From Alphaproteobacteria bacterium (GTDB taxonomy: Bacteria > Pseudomonadota > Alphaproteobacteria > Bin95): a DNA stretch of 64,000 nucleotides. Below are positions 41,994 to 50,393 of the stretch, one piece after another. The notes beneath the pieces are model-generated. The model was given only the letters and a program-made list of their open reading frames with translations, was not told the origin of the DNA and did not search any database. The stretch is from contig OZ219785.1 of assembly GCA_964291285.2 (NCBI GenBank), positions 576,001-640,000 of the forward strand. Reading direction: 5' to 3'. The stretch's first letter is position 1; every line of letters starts with the position of its first letter. The position numbers and the translations under genes are program-made.

Positions 41994-42248
41994 GGCAGCG
42001 GGGCGTCCGCTGGCAACCGGAGGGCAGGCTATGCAGGGTCTGCTCCCGAACCCTTCTCGCATCTGCGTTTCCGCACTCTCCGGGCATGTCCCGCGAGTGG
42101 TTAGCATACAACTCCGGAACCGCAAACACACCGCCTGCGCCTGCAGGTGACAGGGCGGGCAGGCGCCCCTATAAGGAGCCGGCATCATGCCCCAGCCCGA
42201 CGCCATTTCCCTTTCGCCGACCGCCGGGCGCCGCCCGGGGCTCGTCCC

Positions 42249-43127
42249 GTGACGCTCGCCGTTTCCTTCGAATTCTTTCCGCCGAAGACGACGGCGGGGG
42301 AGGGCGGCCTCAGGCGCGCGCTGGATGGCCTGGCGCCGCTCGGGCCCCGTTTCATGTCGGTCACTTGCGGGGCCGGAGGCGGGGCGGGGGAAAGCGCGCG
42401 CGGGCGCACGGCAGCCGTCGCGGCCCGCATCGCGCGCGAAACGGGGCTCGCCGTGGCCGCGCATCTGACCTGCGCCGGCGCGTCGCGGGAGGAGATCGAC
42501 GACACGGCCCGCGCCTACTGGCAGGCGGGGCTGCGCCATATCGTGGCGCTGCGCGGCGACCCGCCTTCCGGCATCGGCGAGCGCTACAGGCCGCATTCCG
42601 GCGGCTATGCCTATGCGCTCGACCTTGTCGCCGGGCTCCGCCGCCTGCACGATTTCGAGATCAGCGTCTCCGCCTATCCGGAGGGCCATCCCGATGCGCC
42701 GGACCCGGCGTTTGAAATCGACTATCTGAAGCGCAAGCTGGACGCCGGGGCGGCGCGCGCGATCACGCAGTTCTTCTTCGAAACCGACTGCTTTCTCCGG
42801 TTCCGGGACAGGTGCCGCAAGGCCGGGATCGATTGCGAGATCGTTCCGGGCATCCTGCCTGTCGGCAATTTCACCCAGGCGAAGCGGTTCGCCGCGCTTT
42901 GCGGAACGCGGGTGCCGGCCTGGCTCGAAGCCCAGTTCGAGGGCCTCGACGACGACCCGGAGACACGGCGCATGGTCGCGGCCACGGTCGCGGTCGAACA
43001 GTGCCGGCGCCTGGAGGCCGAGGGCGTGGGAAGCCTCCATTTCTACACCCTCAACCGGCCGGAGCTCACCCGGGCGGTCTGCCACATGCTGGGCGTGCGT
43101 GCGAATCTGCGCCGGTCGGCGGCCTGA
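42249..43127 (+). CDS. metF: 5,10-methylenetetrahydrofolate reductase
   Basis: SFEFFPPK, AHLTC, VALRGDPP, AYPEGHP, AITQFFF, HFYTLN. Confidence 0.95.
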   Translation: MTLAVSFEFFPPKTTAGEGGLRRALDGLAPLGPRFMSVTCGAGGGAGESARGRTAAVAARIARETGLAVAAHLTCAGASREEIDDTARAYWQAGLRHIVALRGDPPSGIGERYRPHSGGYAYALDLVAGLRRLHDFEISVSAYPEGHPDAPDPAFEIDYLKRKLDAGAARAITQFFFETDCFLRFRDRCRKAGIDCEIVPGILPVGNFTQAKRFAALCGTRVPAWLEAQFEGLDDDPETRRMVAATVAVEQCRRLEAEGVGSLHFYTLNRPELTRAVCHMLGVRANLRRSAA

Positions 43128-43133
43128 GCGCGT

Positions 43134-46100
43134 TCACTTCCGGGTCAGCGAAAACTCGATGCGCCGGTTGCGCCGGTAGGCTTCCCTTGTGTCCGCCGGA
43201 TCGAGCGGGTGGTATTCGCCGAACCCGGTGGCGGCCAGCCGCTCGGCGGGCACGCCGGCCTCCTGCAGCAGCCTGACCACCGCAACCGCCCGCGCGACCG
43301 ACAGTTCCCAATTGGTCTTGTAGGGGGACCGGTCGCGAAGCCGTTGCCGGTCGGTGTGGCCGTCCACGCGCAGCACCCAGTCGAGATCTTCCGGGATCCG
43401 GGCCGCCACATCGGTCAGGGCGCTGCCGATCCGGCGCACACGCTCCTTTCCCTGCCTGTCGAGATCGGCAGAACCGCTCAGGAACAGCACTTCGGCCGGC
43501 AGGTAGAAGCGGTCGTCCTCGGTCCGCACCAATTGCTGGCCCGCCAGCGCCTCGCGCAGCTTGCCGACAAATTCCGAGCGGAAGCGGCGCATCTCGTCGA
43601 TCTTGCGCACGAGCGCGCTGTTGAGCCGCGCGTCGAGAACCAGCGTCTCCGCTCCCTCGGCCTTCGCCTCCGAGGCTTCCAGCGCCGCGTTGAGCCGCTT
43701 CACCTGCTCCTTGAGCGCCCGGATATTGGCGGCCAGCCGGGCGACCTGGGCTTTCGCCAGCCGTGATTCGGCCTCGGCCTTCTCGGCCTGCGTCCTCAGA
43801 TACGCCAACCGGTCGACCTGTTCGGCCTTCTCCGCTTCGAGCTTCTCCCTCGCCGCCTCGAGCGCCCGGCGAAGCGCTTCCAGCCGCTCGATTTCCCCGA
43901 TCTGCTCGTCGATCCGCCGGCGCAGCGAAGCGATGCGGTCCTCGCTGTCCCGCTCGATGGCATCCAGGTCGGCCAGCTGGTCCCGGAGGCGGGTGTTTTC
44001 GACCGCGAGCTGCATCACGCGGGTTTCCGCCGCCTCGTAGAGGGCTCTGTCCACGGCATCCGCCGCGCCGGTCTCGCCGCGCACCGCAACGCCGCGCCGC
44101 AATTGCAGTTCCTCGCGGGCTTCGGCGAGGCGCTTGCGCGCGAGGTCGAGCTGCTGGCGGAGCCGCGCGGCGTTGGCGAGCGCTTCCTCCAGCCTGCCTT
44201 CCCCGACACGCTGGCCCGCGTCGCGTTCCGCGGTTGCTTCGGCAAGCGCTGTCTCCAGCCGGGCGGCTTCGGTGCGCTGCGCGTCCCGCTCGCGTTCCGC
44301 GGCCGCCAGCCGCTCCGCAAGCGACGCTGCGTTCGCTTCCGCCGCCGCGAGCGCTTCCCGGAGCTTCACGGCTTCGGCGGTTTGCGCGTCGCGCTCGGCC
44401 TCCGCGCTTTCGAGCAGCCGGGCGCGGGCGGCTGCCTCCGCCCTCGCTTCCGCGAGCGCCTGCTGCAGCGCGGCAAGCTGCCGGTTCGCCGTTTCCTCGA
44501 ACCGGGCCGTATCCGCTTCCAGCCGCCTGATTTCCTCCCGCCCGGCAGCCTGGCCGGCCTCGGCCTGCTTCAGGCTTTCGGCCAGGGCAACGGCCCTCGC
44601 CTCGGCGGCCGCAAGCGCTTCGGTCAGCGCATCGATCCGCTGCTGCCGGGCAAGGCGGGCGATCTCCGTATCGACGAGCCGGCCGGCAAGGGAGTCGATC
44701 TCCTCCTTCGCCGCCGCCAGCGCATGTTCCAGACCGGCGATAGCCGCGCGGGCGGTTTCCGCGTCCTCGGCAAGCGTCCGCTTCAGGCCCGCGATCTCCC
44801 GCTCGCCGGCTGTCAGCCCGGTTTCGGCTTCGGCGAGGCGCCCGGCAAGGCCCTCCGCCCTTGCCTCGGCCGCCGCAAGCTCCTGTTCCAACGCCGCGAT
44901 GCGCGATGCCGCCGTTTCGGACTCCGCCTCCAGCACCCGTTTGAGGCGGGCGATTTCATCCTCCCCGGCCGCTCGCCGGCTCTCCGTATCCCCCAATCGC
45001 GCGGAGAGCGACGCGGCGTCCGTCCTGGCTTCCGCCAGCGACCGCTCCAGCGACGCCGCCGTCTCGGTTTCCGCCGCCAGCGCCTGCCTCAGCCGCGCAA
45101 TCTCCTCCGCCCCTGCGGCCCTCCGGGTCTCGGTGTCGCCGAGCTGTGCGGAGAGGGACGCCGCTTCCGTCCTCGCTTCGGCCAGCGACCGTTCCAGCAC
45201 CGCCGCCGTTTCCGACGTCTCATCGAGCGCTTGCCTGAGCCTGGCGATGTCTTCCGCCGCAGCCGCCCGCCGGCTTTCCGTATCGGCGAGCCGGGCCGAA
45301 AGGGAGGCGGCGGTCTCCCGTTCCTCCTCCAGCGTCCGTTCCAGCGCCGCAATGTCCGTGCGCGCGGTCTCGGCCTCCGCAGTTCGCGCGGCTTCCAGCC
45401 GGGCGATTTCGTCCCGCGCCGCGAGACGCCGGTCCTCGGTTTCGGCGAGCGCCGCGCCAAGACGGTCGATTTCCTCCAGCGCCCCGGCCAGAGCCTGCTC
45501 CAGGGCCGCAATCCGGGCCCGCGCCTTCTCCGCTTCCCCGGCGCGCGCGGCCTCCAGCCGGGCGATTTCGTCCTGCCCTGCGAGCCGCCGGCCCTCGATA
45601 TCGGCAAGCCGCGCCGCCAGCCGCCCGATCTCCTGCTGCGCGCTTGCCAGCGCCTGTTCCAGAGCCGCGATCCGCGCCCCCGCCGCCCGGGCCTCTCCGG
45701 CGCGCGCCGTTTCCAGTTGCGCAATCTCTTCCCGCCTGGCGTTCAGGTCGGCTTCTGCTTCCGCCAATTGCCGGGAAAGGCGCCCGATTTCGTCCTGGGC
45801 CGCCGCCATCTCTGAGCGTGCGGCATCCGCCTCGGCAAGCCGGCCTGCCTCGGTCTCCTTCAGCCGTTCGGTGAGCCGGTCGATTTCCGCTTCCGCCGCC
45901 GCCAGCGCGCGCTCCAGCCCGGCGATGTCGGATTTCGCCGCATCGGCCTCTTCGGCGCGCGCCGCCTCGAGCCGCGCGATTTCCTCCCGGCCCGCGGCCT
46001 CTCCCGCCTCGGAGTCCGCCAGCCGGGCGGTGAGGCGGCCGATTTCGATTTCCGCCGCCGCCAGCGCCTTCTCCAGTGCGGCGATGTCGGCGGCCGCCGT

Positions 46101-47033
46101 CTCCGTCTTCTCCGCCAGCGCCGTCTTCAGCCGCGCCGCCTCGTCGTTCGCCTGGGCGAGCGCGCGGCGGGCCTCGCCCAGCGCGGCCTTGAGCCGCTCC
46201 GCCTCGGCGGCCTGCGCGTCGCCCTCGGTCCGGAGAGCGGCCAGCTCGTCCTCCAGCGCCGCGCGCGCCGCCAGCAGGCCGCGAACCATCCGGTTGAGCT
46301 CCGCCAGCTTCTCGGCCTGCGCGGCCGTCTCCTCCCGGCTCGCCAGCAGCGCGGCGTCGAGGCGCGCGACCTCGTCGGCGCGGCGGGCGGATTCCTGCTG
46401 CACCGCCTCGATCCGGGCCTTGAGGGCGTCGGCCTCCCGGTCGCGCGCGGCGAGCCGTTCGAGATTGGCGGCGAGCAGGCGCCGCGCCTCGGCAAGCGCC
46501 CTGTCGGCATCGCTTTTCTGCTGCCGGGATTCCGAGAGCGCCGCCTCCAGCGCGTCCCGGCTGCGCTGGAGCGCGATCAGGTTGCGCTCCAGGCGCTCGA
46601 TCTCGCTTTCCTGGATCTGCAGCCTGTCCCGGTCGGCGGCCGCGCTGTCCGTCAGCCGCGCGAAGTCCTCGCGCAGCAGCAGGACGGTGCCGGCGGCCTG
46701 CTCGGCTTCGGCCGTCATCGTCTCCAGCCGGCCGGCATAGTCGTCGCGCGCCTCGGTGACGATGCGCAGCTCGGCCGTCAGCGCCTCGAGGTCGTCGCGC
46801 AGGTCGGCATTGGTCGTCTGCTCGAGCGCCAGCATCTCGGCAAGCTCGGCAAGCTCGCGGTTCAACCGCGACAGCGCCTCGTCGCGCCCGGAGAGCGCCT
46901 CGTTCAGGAAGAACTGCGCCAGAACGAAGACCATGACCAGGAAGACGACGACCATCAGCAGGCTCGCCAGCGCGTCCACGAAGCCCGGCCAGGTGTTGAT
47001 GTCCCGTCTGCGTCTGCTCGTCCTGCCCGCCAT
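43134..47033 (-). CDS. MotB/OmpA-type peptidoglycan-binding membrane protein with a very long repetitive coiled coil (1299 aa)
   Basis: N-terminal WPGFVDAL..LL TM; C-terminal RVDGHTD...NWELS.ARA...GFGEY.P...NRRIE; about 1100 aa of heptads between them. Confidence 0.9.
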   Translation of the reverse strand: MAGRTSRRRRDINTWPGFVDALASLLMVVVFLVMVFVLAQFFLNEALSGRDEALSRLNRELAELAEMLALEQTTNADLRDDLEALTAELRIVTEARDDYAGRLETMTAEAEQAAGTVLLLREDFARLTDSAAADRDRLQIQESEIERLERNLIALQRSRDALEAALSESRQQKSDADRALAEARRLLAANLERLAARDREADALKARIEAVQQESARRADEVARLDAALLASREETAAQAEKLAELNRMVRGLLAARAALEDELAALRTEGDAQAAEAERLKAALGEARRALAQANDEAARLKTALAEKTETAAADIAALEKALAAAEIEIGRLTARLADSEAGEAAGREEIARLEAARAEEADAAKSDIAGLERALAAAEAEIDRLTERLKETEAGRLAEADAARSEMAAAQDEIGRLSRQLAEAEADLNARREEIAQLETARAGEARAAGARIAALEQALASAQQEIGRLAARLADIEGRRLAGQDEIARLEAARAGEAEKARARIAALEQALAGALEEIDRLGAALAETEDRRLAARDEIARLEAARTAEAETARTDIAALERTLEEERETAASLSARLADTESRRAAAAEDIARLRQALDETSETAAVLERSLAEARTEAASLSAQLGDTETRRAAGAEEIARLRQALAAETETAASLERSLAEARTDAASLSARLGDTESRRAAGEDEIARLKRVLEAESETAASRIAALEQELAAAEARAEGLAGRLAEAETGLTAGEREIAGLKRTLAEDAETARAAIAGLEHALAAAKEEIDSLAGRLVDTEIARLARQQRIDALTEALAAAEARAVALAESLKQAEAGQAAGREEIRRLEADTARFEETANRQLAALQQALAEARAEAAARARLLESAEAERDAQTAEAVKLREALAAAEANAASLAERLAAAERERDAQRTEAARLETALAEATAERDAGQRVGEGRLEEALANAARLRQQLDLARKRLAEAREELQLRRGVAVRGETGAADAVDRALYEAAETRVMQLAVENTRLRDQLADLDAIERDSEDRIASLRRRIDEQIGEIERLEALRRALEAAREKLEAEKAEQVDRLAYLRTQAEKAEAESRLAKAQVARLAANIRALKEQVKRLNAALEASEAKAEGAETLVLDARLNSALVRKIDEMRRFRSEFVGKLREALAGQQLVRTEDDRFYLPAEVLFLSGSADLDRQGKERVRRIGSALTDVAARIPEDLDWVLRVDGHTDRQRLRDRSPYKTNWELSVARAVAVVRLLQEAGVPAERLAATGFGEYHPLDPADTREAYRRNRRIEFSLTRK

Positions 47034-47063
47034 GTCTATGCCGGTTGCCGCGGTCCTCCCGGA

Positions 47064-47840
47064 TCAGAGGCCGAGAATGTCGCGCATGGAGTAGAGGCCG
47101 GGGGGCTTGCCCGCCGACCAGCGCACCGCGCGCAGCGCGCCGCGCGCGAACAGCGAGCGGTCCATGCAGCGATGGGTGAATTCGAGCCGCTCGCCCTCGG
47201 CGACGAACATGACCGTGTGCTCGCCCACCACATTGCCGCCGCGCAGGGTGGCGAAGCCGATGTCGCCCGCGCGCCGCGCGCCTGTGTGGCCCTCGCGGCT
47301 CCATTGGGCCACGGCGTCCAGGTCGGTGCCGCGCCCGGATGCGGCGGCCCGGCCGAGGCCGACCGCCGTGCCGGACGGCGCATCCACCTTGTGCTTGTGG
47401 TGGATCTCCATGATCTCGATGTCGTATTCGTCGCCCAGCATCGCGGCCATGCGCTCGACGGTGGCGAACAGCGCGTTCACCGTCACGCTCATATTGGGCG
47501 CATAGACGATGGGCAGGGTCTCCGCCGACTTCGCGAGCGCCGCCTCCTGCCCGGCGTCGAGGCCGGTGGTGCCGATGACATGGCGCGTGCCGGCCGCCGC
47601 CGCCATCGCCGCATGCTCGACGGTCGGGCCGGGCAGGGTGAATTCGATCGCCGCGTCCGCCGCCCCGAACACCGCCGCCGCGTCTTCGCCGATGGCGACG
47701 CCCCCGCCGAGGTCGCGCCCGAGCGCGGGATGGCCCGGCGCCTCGCAGGCCGCGACGAGTTCCAGGTCGTCCGCCGCGCGCACGAGTTCCACCAGCAGCC
47801 CGCCCATGCGCCCGCCGGCTCCGATGATGCCAATCCGCAT
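47064..47840 (-). CDS. dapB: 4-hydroxy-tetrahydrodipicolinate reductase
   Basis: GAGGRMG, VIGTTG, EIHHKHKVDAPSGTA, RGG.VVGEH. Confidence 0.96.
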   Translation of the reverse strand: MRIGIIGAGGRMGGLLVELVRAADDLELVAACEAPGHPALGRDLGGGVAIGEDAAAVFGAADAAIEFTLPGPTVEHAAMAAAAGTRHVIGTTGLDAGQEAALAKSAETLPIVYAPNMSVTVNALFATVERMAAMLGDEYDIEIMEIHHKHKVDAPSGTAVGLGRAAASGRGTDLDAVAQWSREGHTGARRAGDIGFATLRGGNVVGEHTVMFVAEGERLEFTHRCMDRSLFARGALRAVRWSAGKPPGLYSMRDILGL

Positions 47841-47896
47841 TTCTGTCCTCCGGCTCTTGCGGCAACAGGGCTGCATGTAGCATGAAACGGCCCGAA

Positions 47897-48664
47897 ATGA
47901 CCGAAACTCGTATCTATGTCCTCGGCAATGAGAAGGGCGGCACCGGCAAGTCCACGGTGGCGTTCAACCTCGTTGTCGGCCTGCTGCGCGCCGGCAAATC
48001 CGTCGGCTGCATCGACCTCGACCCCCGCCAGGCGACGCTTTCGCGCCAGGTCGAAAACCGCCGCGCCTATGCGGAACGCACCGGAACCGCGCTGCCGCTG
48101 CCGGAGGCCGAAACCGCGGACGGGCCCGAGGCGCTGGGCCGGACGCTGGAAGCGCTGGCGGCGCGGCACGACGCGGTGGTCGTGGACACGCCGGGCCGGC
48201 CCGACGCCGCGTCCCGCGAGGCGCACAGCCATGCCGACGTGCTCATCACGCCGCTGAACGACAGCCATGTCGATCTCGACCTGATCGGCCGGCTGGAGCC
48301 CGGCACGCGCAATGCCGCCCTGCCGGGCGTCTATGCCGAACTGGTCTGGAAGCAGCGGATGATGCGCGCAAAGGCCGGCCGGGAGGCGCTGACCTGGATC
48401 GTGATGCTGAACCGGATGCGCCAGGTCGATGCCCACAACACGCGCGAAGTCCGGAGCCTGCTGCAGAACCTCGCCAAACGCTTCGCCTTCGACATTGCCC
48501 CCGGCTTCGGCGAGCGCATGATCTTCCGCGAGATGTTCCCGGACGGCATCGGGCTGATGGACCTGCGCCAGCCGGGCATCGAACGCACGCTCTCCATGAG
48601 CCACGTCGCGGCGCGCAACGAGGTGCGCCGGCTGCTCGACCTGCTGGGCGTCCCGCCGATCTAG
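47897..48664 (+). CDS. mipZ: Division-plane positioning ATPase MipZ
   Basis: GNEKGGTGKST, VDTPG, TPLNDS.VDLD, ER.IFRE.FP.G, MSHVAAR.EVR.L. Confidence 0.9.
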   Translation: MTETRIYVLGNEKGGTGKSTVAFNLVVGLLRAGKSVGCIDLDPRQATLSRQVENRRAYAERTGTALPLPEAETADGPEALGRTLEALAARHDAVVVDTPGRPDAASREAHSHADVLITPLNDSHVDLDLIGRLEPGTRNAALPGVYAELVWKQRMMRAKAGREALTWIVMLNRMRQVDAHNTREVRSLLQNLAKRFAFDIAPGFGERMIFREMFPDGIGLMDLRQPGIERTLSMSHVAARNEVRRLLDLLGVPPI

Positions 48665-48742
48665 CCGGCTGGGGCCCGCCCTAAACCGTCACCCCCGCGA
48701 AGGAGCGCGTGAAGGAATCGGAGCGGCAGCCGCCCGGCGTCG

Positions 48743-48839
48743 CTCATCCTGAGTAGCGCCGCTTCCGGCGCCAGCCGGGAGCGGCGCGTATCGAAGGACC
48801 GTTCCTCGATACGCGGCTGGCGCCGCTACTCGGGATGAG
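48743..48839. repeat. Alphaproteobacterial REP-like palindrome (CTCATCCTGAG type)
   Basis: Outer IR ctcatcctgagtagc / gctactcgggatgag; inner gcgtatcga / tcgatacgc. Confidence 0.75.
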
Positions 48840-48895
48840 GGGGAGAGGGCGCGGGCGGGCGTTCTTCTGCTACAATCGCGGCAGGGCAGGTTGGC

Positions 48896-50077
48896 ATGGT
48901 GGCGAATCTGGAGATTCCGGCAAGCGGCAGGGCGGTGGATGCGCACTGGCTGCAGCGGGCGCTGGCCGCCGGCGGCGCACCGGACCTCCCGGCGATCCGG
49001 AGTCTCGCCGTCCAGGAGATTGGCGGCGGGTTCGGCCTGCTGGGCGAAATCCTGCGCTGCCGCGTAACCTGGGAGGAGGAGGCCGAAGGGGCGCCCGGCA
49101 GCGTCGTCGTCAAGCTGCCTTCCCCGGATCCGAAAAGCCTGCGCCTGTGCCGGCGCCTGTCGCTCTACAGGCGGGAATACGACTTCTACCGGCATATAGG
49201 CGCACAGGCGCCGATCCGCTCGCCGGCCCTGCTTTACGGCGACTTCGAGCCGGAAAGCCACCGCTTCGTCCTGGTGCTGGAGGACCTGGGCGGGATGGTG
49301 CCGGGGGACCAGATCGCCGGCGCGACCGCCGGGCAGGCAAGGTGCGTTGTCCGCGCGCTGGCGCGGATGCACGGCTTCTACTGGAACAGGACCGACCGGC
49401 CGCCGCTCGCGGGGTTCCACAACTCCTTCAGCCCGAAACGCCTCAGGCTCCTGCAATTCGTCTATCTCGCGAACCTCGCGCCGGCGCTCGACCGCATTGA
49501 GGGCCTCTTCGCGGGCGAAATGCGCCGCGTCGCCAAAGCCTACGGCCTGAGCGTGGCCGACTATCTGGGCAGGATCGCCGCTGCGCCCACCACCCTCGTC
49601 CACGGCGATGTGCGGCTTGACAACATGTTCTTCGACGCCGGCGACGGGGACGCCGCCGCCATGATCGACTGGCAGGTCTGCGGCATCGGCAGCGGCCTCT
49701 ACGACGTCGCCTATTTTCTCGCCGGCAACATATCGACCGAACTGCGCCGCGAAATCGAGCGCGACGCCCTGATGGAATACCGGGACATCGTCGCCGGCAT
49801 GGGCGCGGAAGACTTCACCTTCGAGGATTGCTGGCAGCTTTACCGGCGGAACATGGTTTCGCTGCTGATGGTCGCGGTTCTCGTGTGCGGCGGGCTGGAC
49901 CTCGAGGACGACCGCAAACGGCAGCTGGTGGAAACCGGCGTGCAGCGGACCCTCGCCGCCATCGAGGACCTGGACGCCGCCGAATTCCTGCCGGCGCGCC
50001 GGCCGTTCTTCAGCCTGGCCGGCGGTGTCGCCGCGTTCTTCGGCGCGGCCTACCGGGTGCGCCGGGCGCTGCGCTAG
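48896..50077 (+). CDS. APH/EcKinase-like phosphotransferase
   Basis: SVVVK, RE..FY, LVLEDL, TLVHGDVRLDN, IDWQ, D.AYFL. Confidence 0.88.
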   Translation: MVANLEIPASGRAVDAHWLQRALAAGGAPDLPAIRSLAVQEIGGGFGLLGEILRCRVTWEEEAEGAPGSVVVKLPSPDPKSLRLCRRLSLYRREYDFYRHIGAQAPIRSPALLYGDFEPESHRFVLVLEDLGGMVPGDQIAGATAGQARCVVRALARMHGFYWNRTDRPPLAGFHNSFSPKRLRLLQFVYLANLAPALDRIEGLFAGEMRRVAKAYGLSVADYLGRIAAAPTTLVHGDVRLDNMFFDAGDGDAAAMIDWQVCGIGSGLYDVAYFLAGNISTELRREIERDALMEYRDIVAGMGAEDFTFEDCWQLYRRNMVSLLMVAVLVCGGLDLEDDRKRQLVETGVQRTLAAIEDLDAAEFLPARRPFFSLAGGVAAFFGAAYRVRRALR

Positions 50078-50202
50078 CCCGGCGCCCCGACCGCCTGCTC
50101 CCGCGCCCCTTTCGCCGCCGCCGCGAAGGCGGTGCGCCATGCTGTCTGCGGCGGTCCGCAGGAAAATTGGCGGATTTTATCGAAACGACATCATAAAACC
50201 GC

Positions 50203-50211
50203 TTATCCACA
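50203..50211 (+). promoter_or_regulatory. Consensus DnaA box in an AT-rich intergenic region
   Basis: TTATCCACA; a single copy only. Confidence 0.35.
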
Positions 50212-50393
50212 CACTCATTTAACGAATCATGCCCTATAGAGGGGCGCATTCGGATTTGCCGGCCCGATGACGCGGAATGCTGCGGGCCGGCGGCCGGGGC
50301 GTGCCGCGCCGGACATTGCGCCAGTGCGGCTTCTTTTGGGGGCGGCGGCAGCCGGGGGGCTGGTCGCCGGTTTCGTAATCGAGTGGGATATCC

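Noticed and set aside
44103-47883. Long overlapping ORFs (868, 887 and 570 aa) over the coiled-coil gene, and similar long antisense ORFs elsewhere (16312..18360, 31159..33585, 51318..53825)
   Set aside because: Ser/Ala/Arg-rich shadow frames, expected from stop-codon scarcity at high GC; no motifs.
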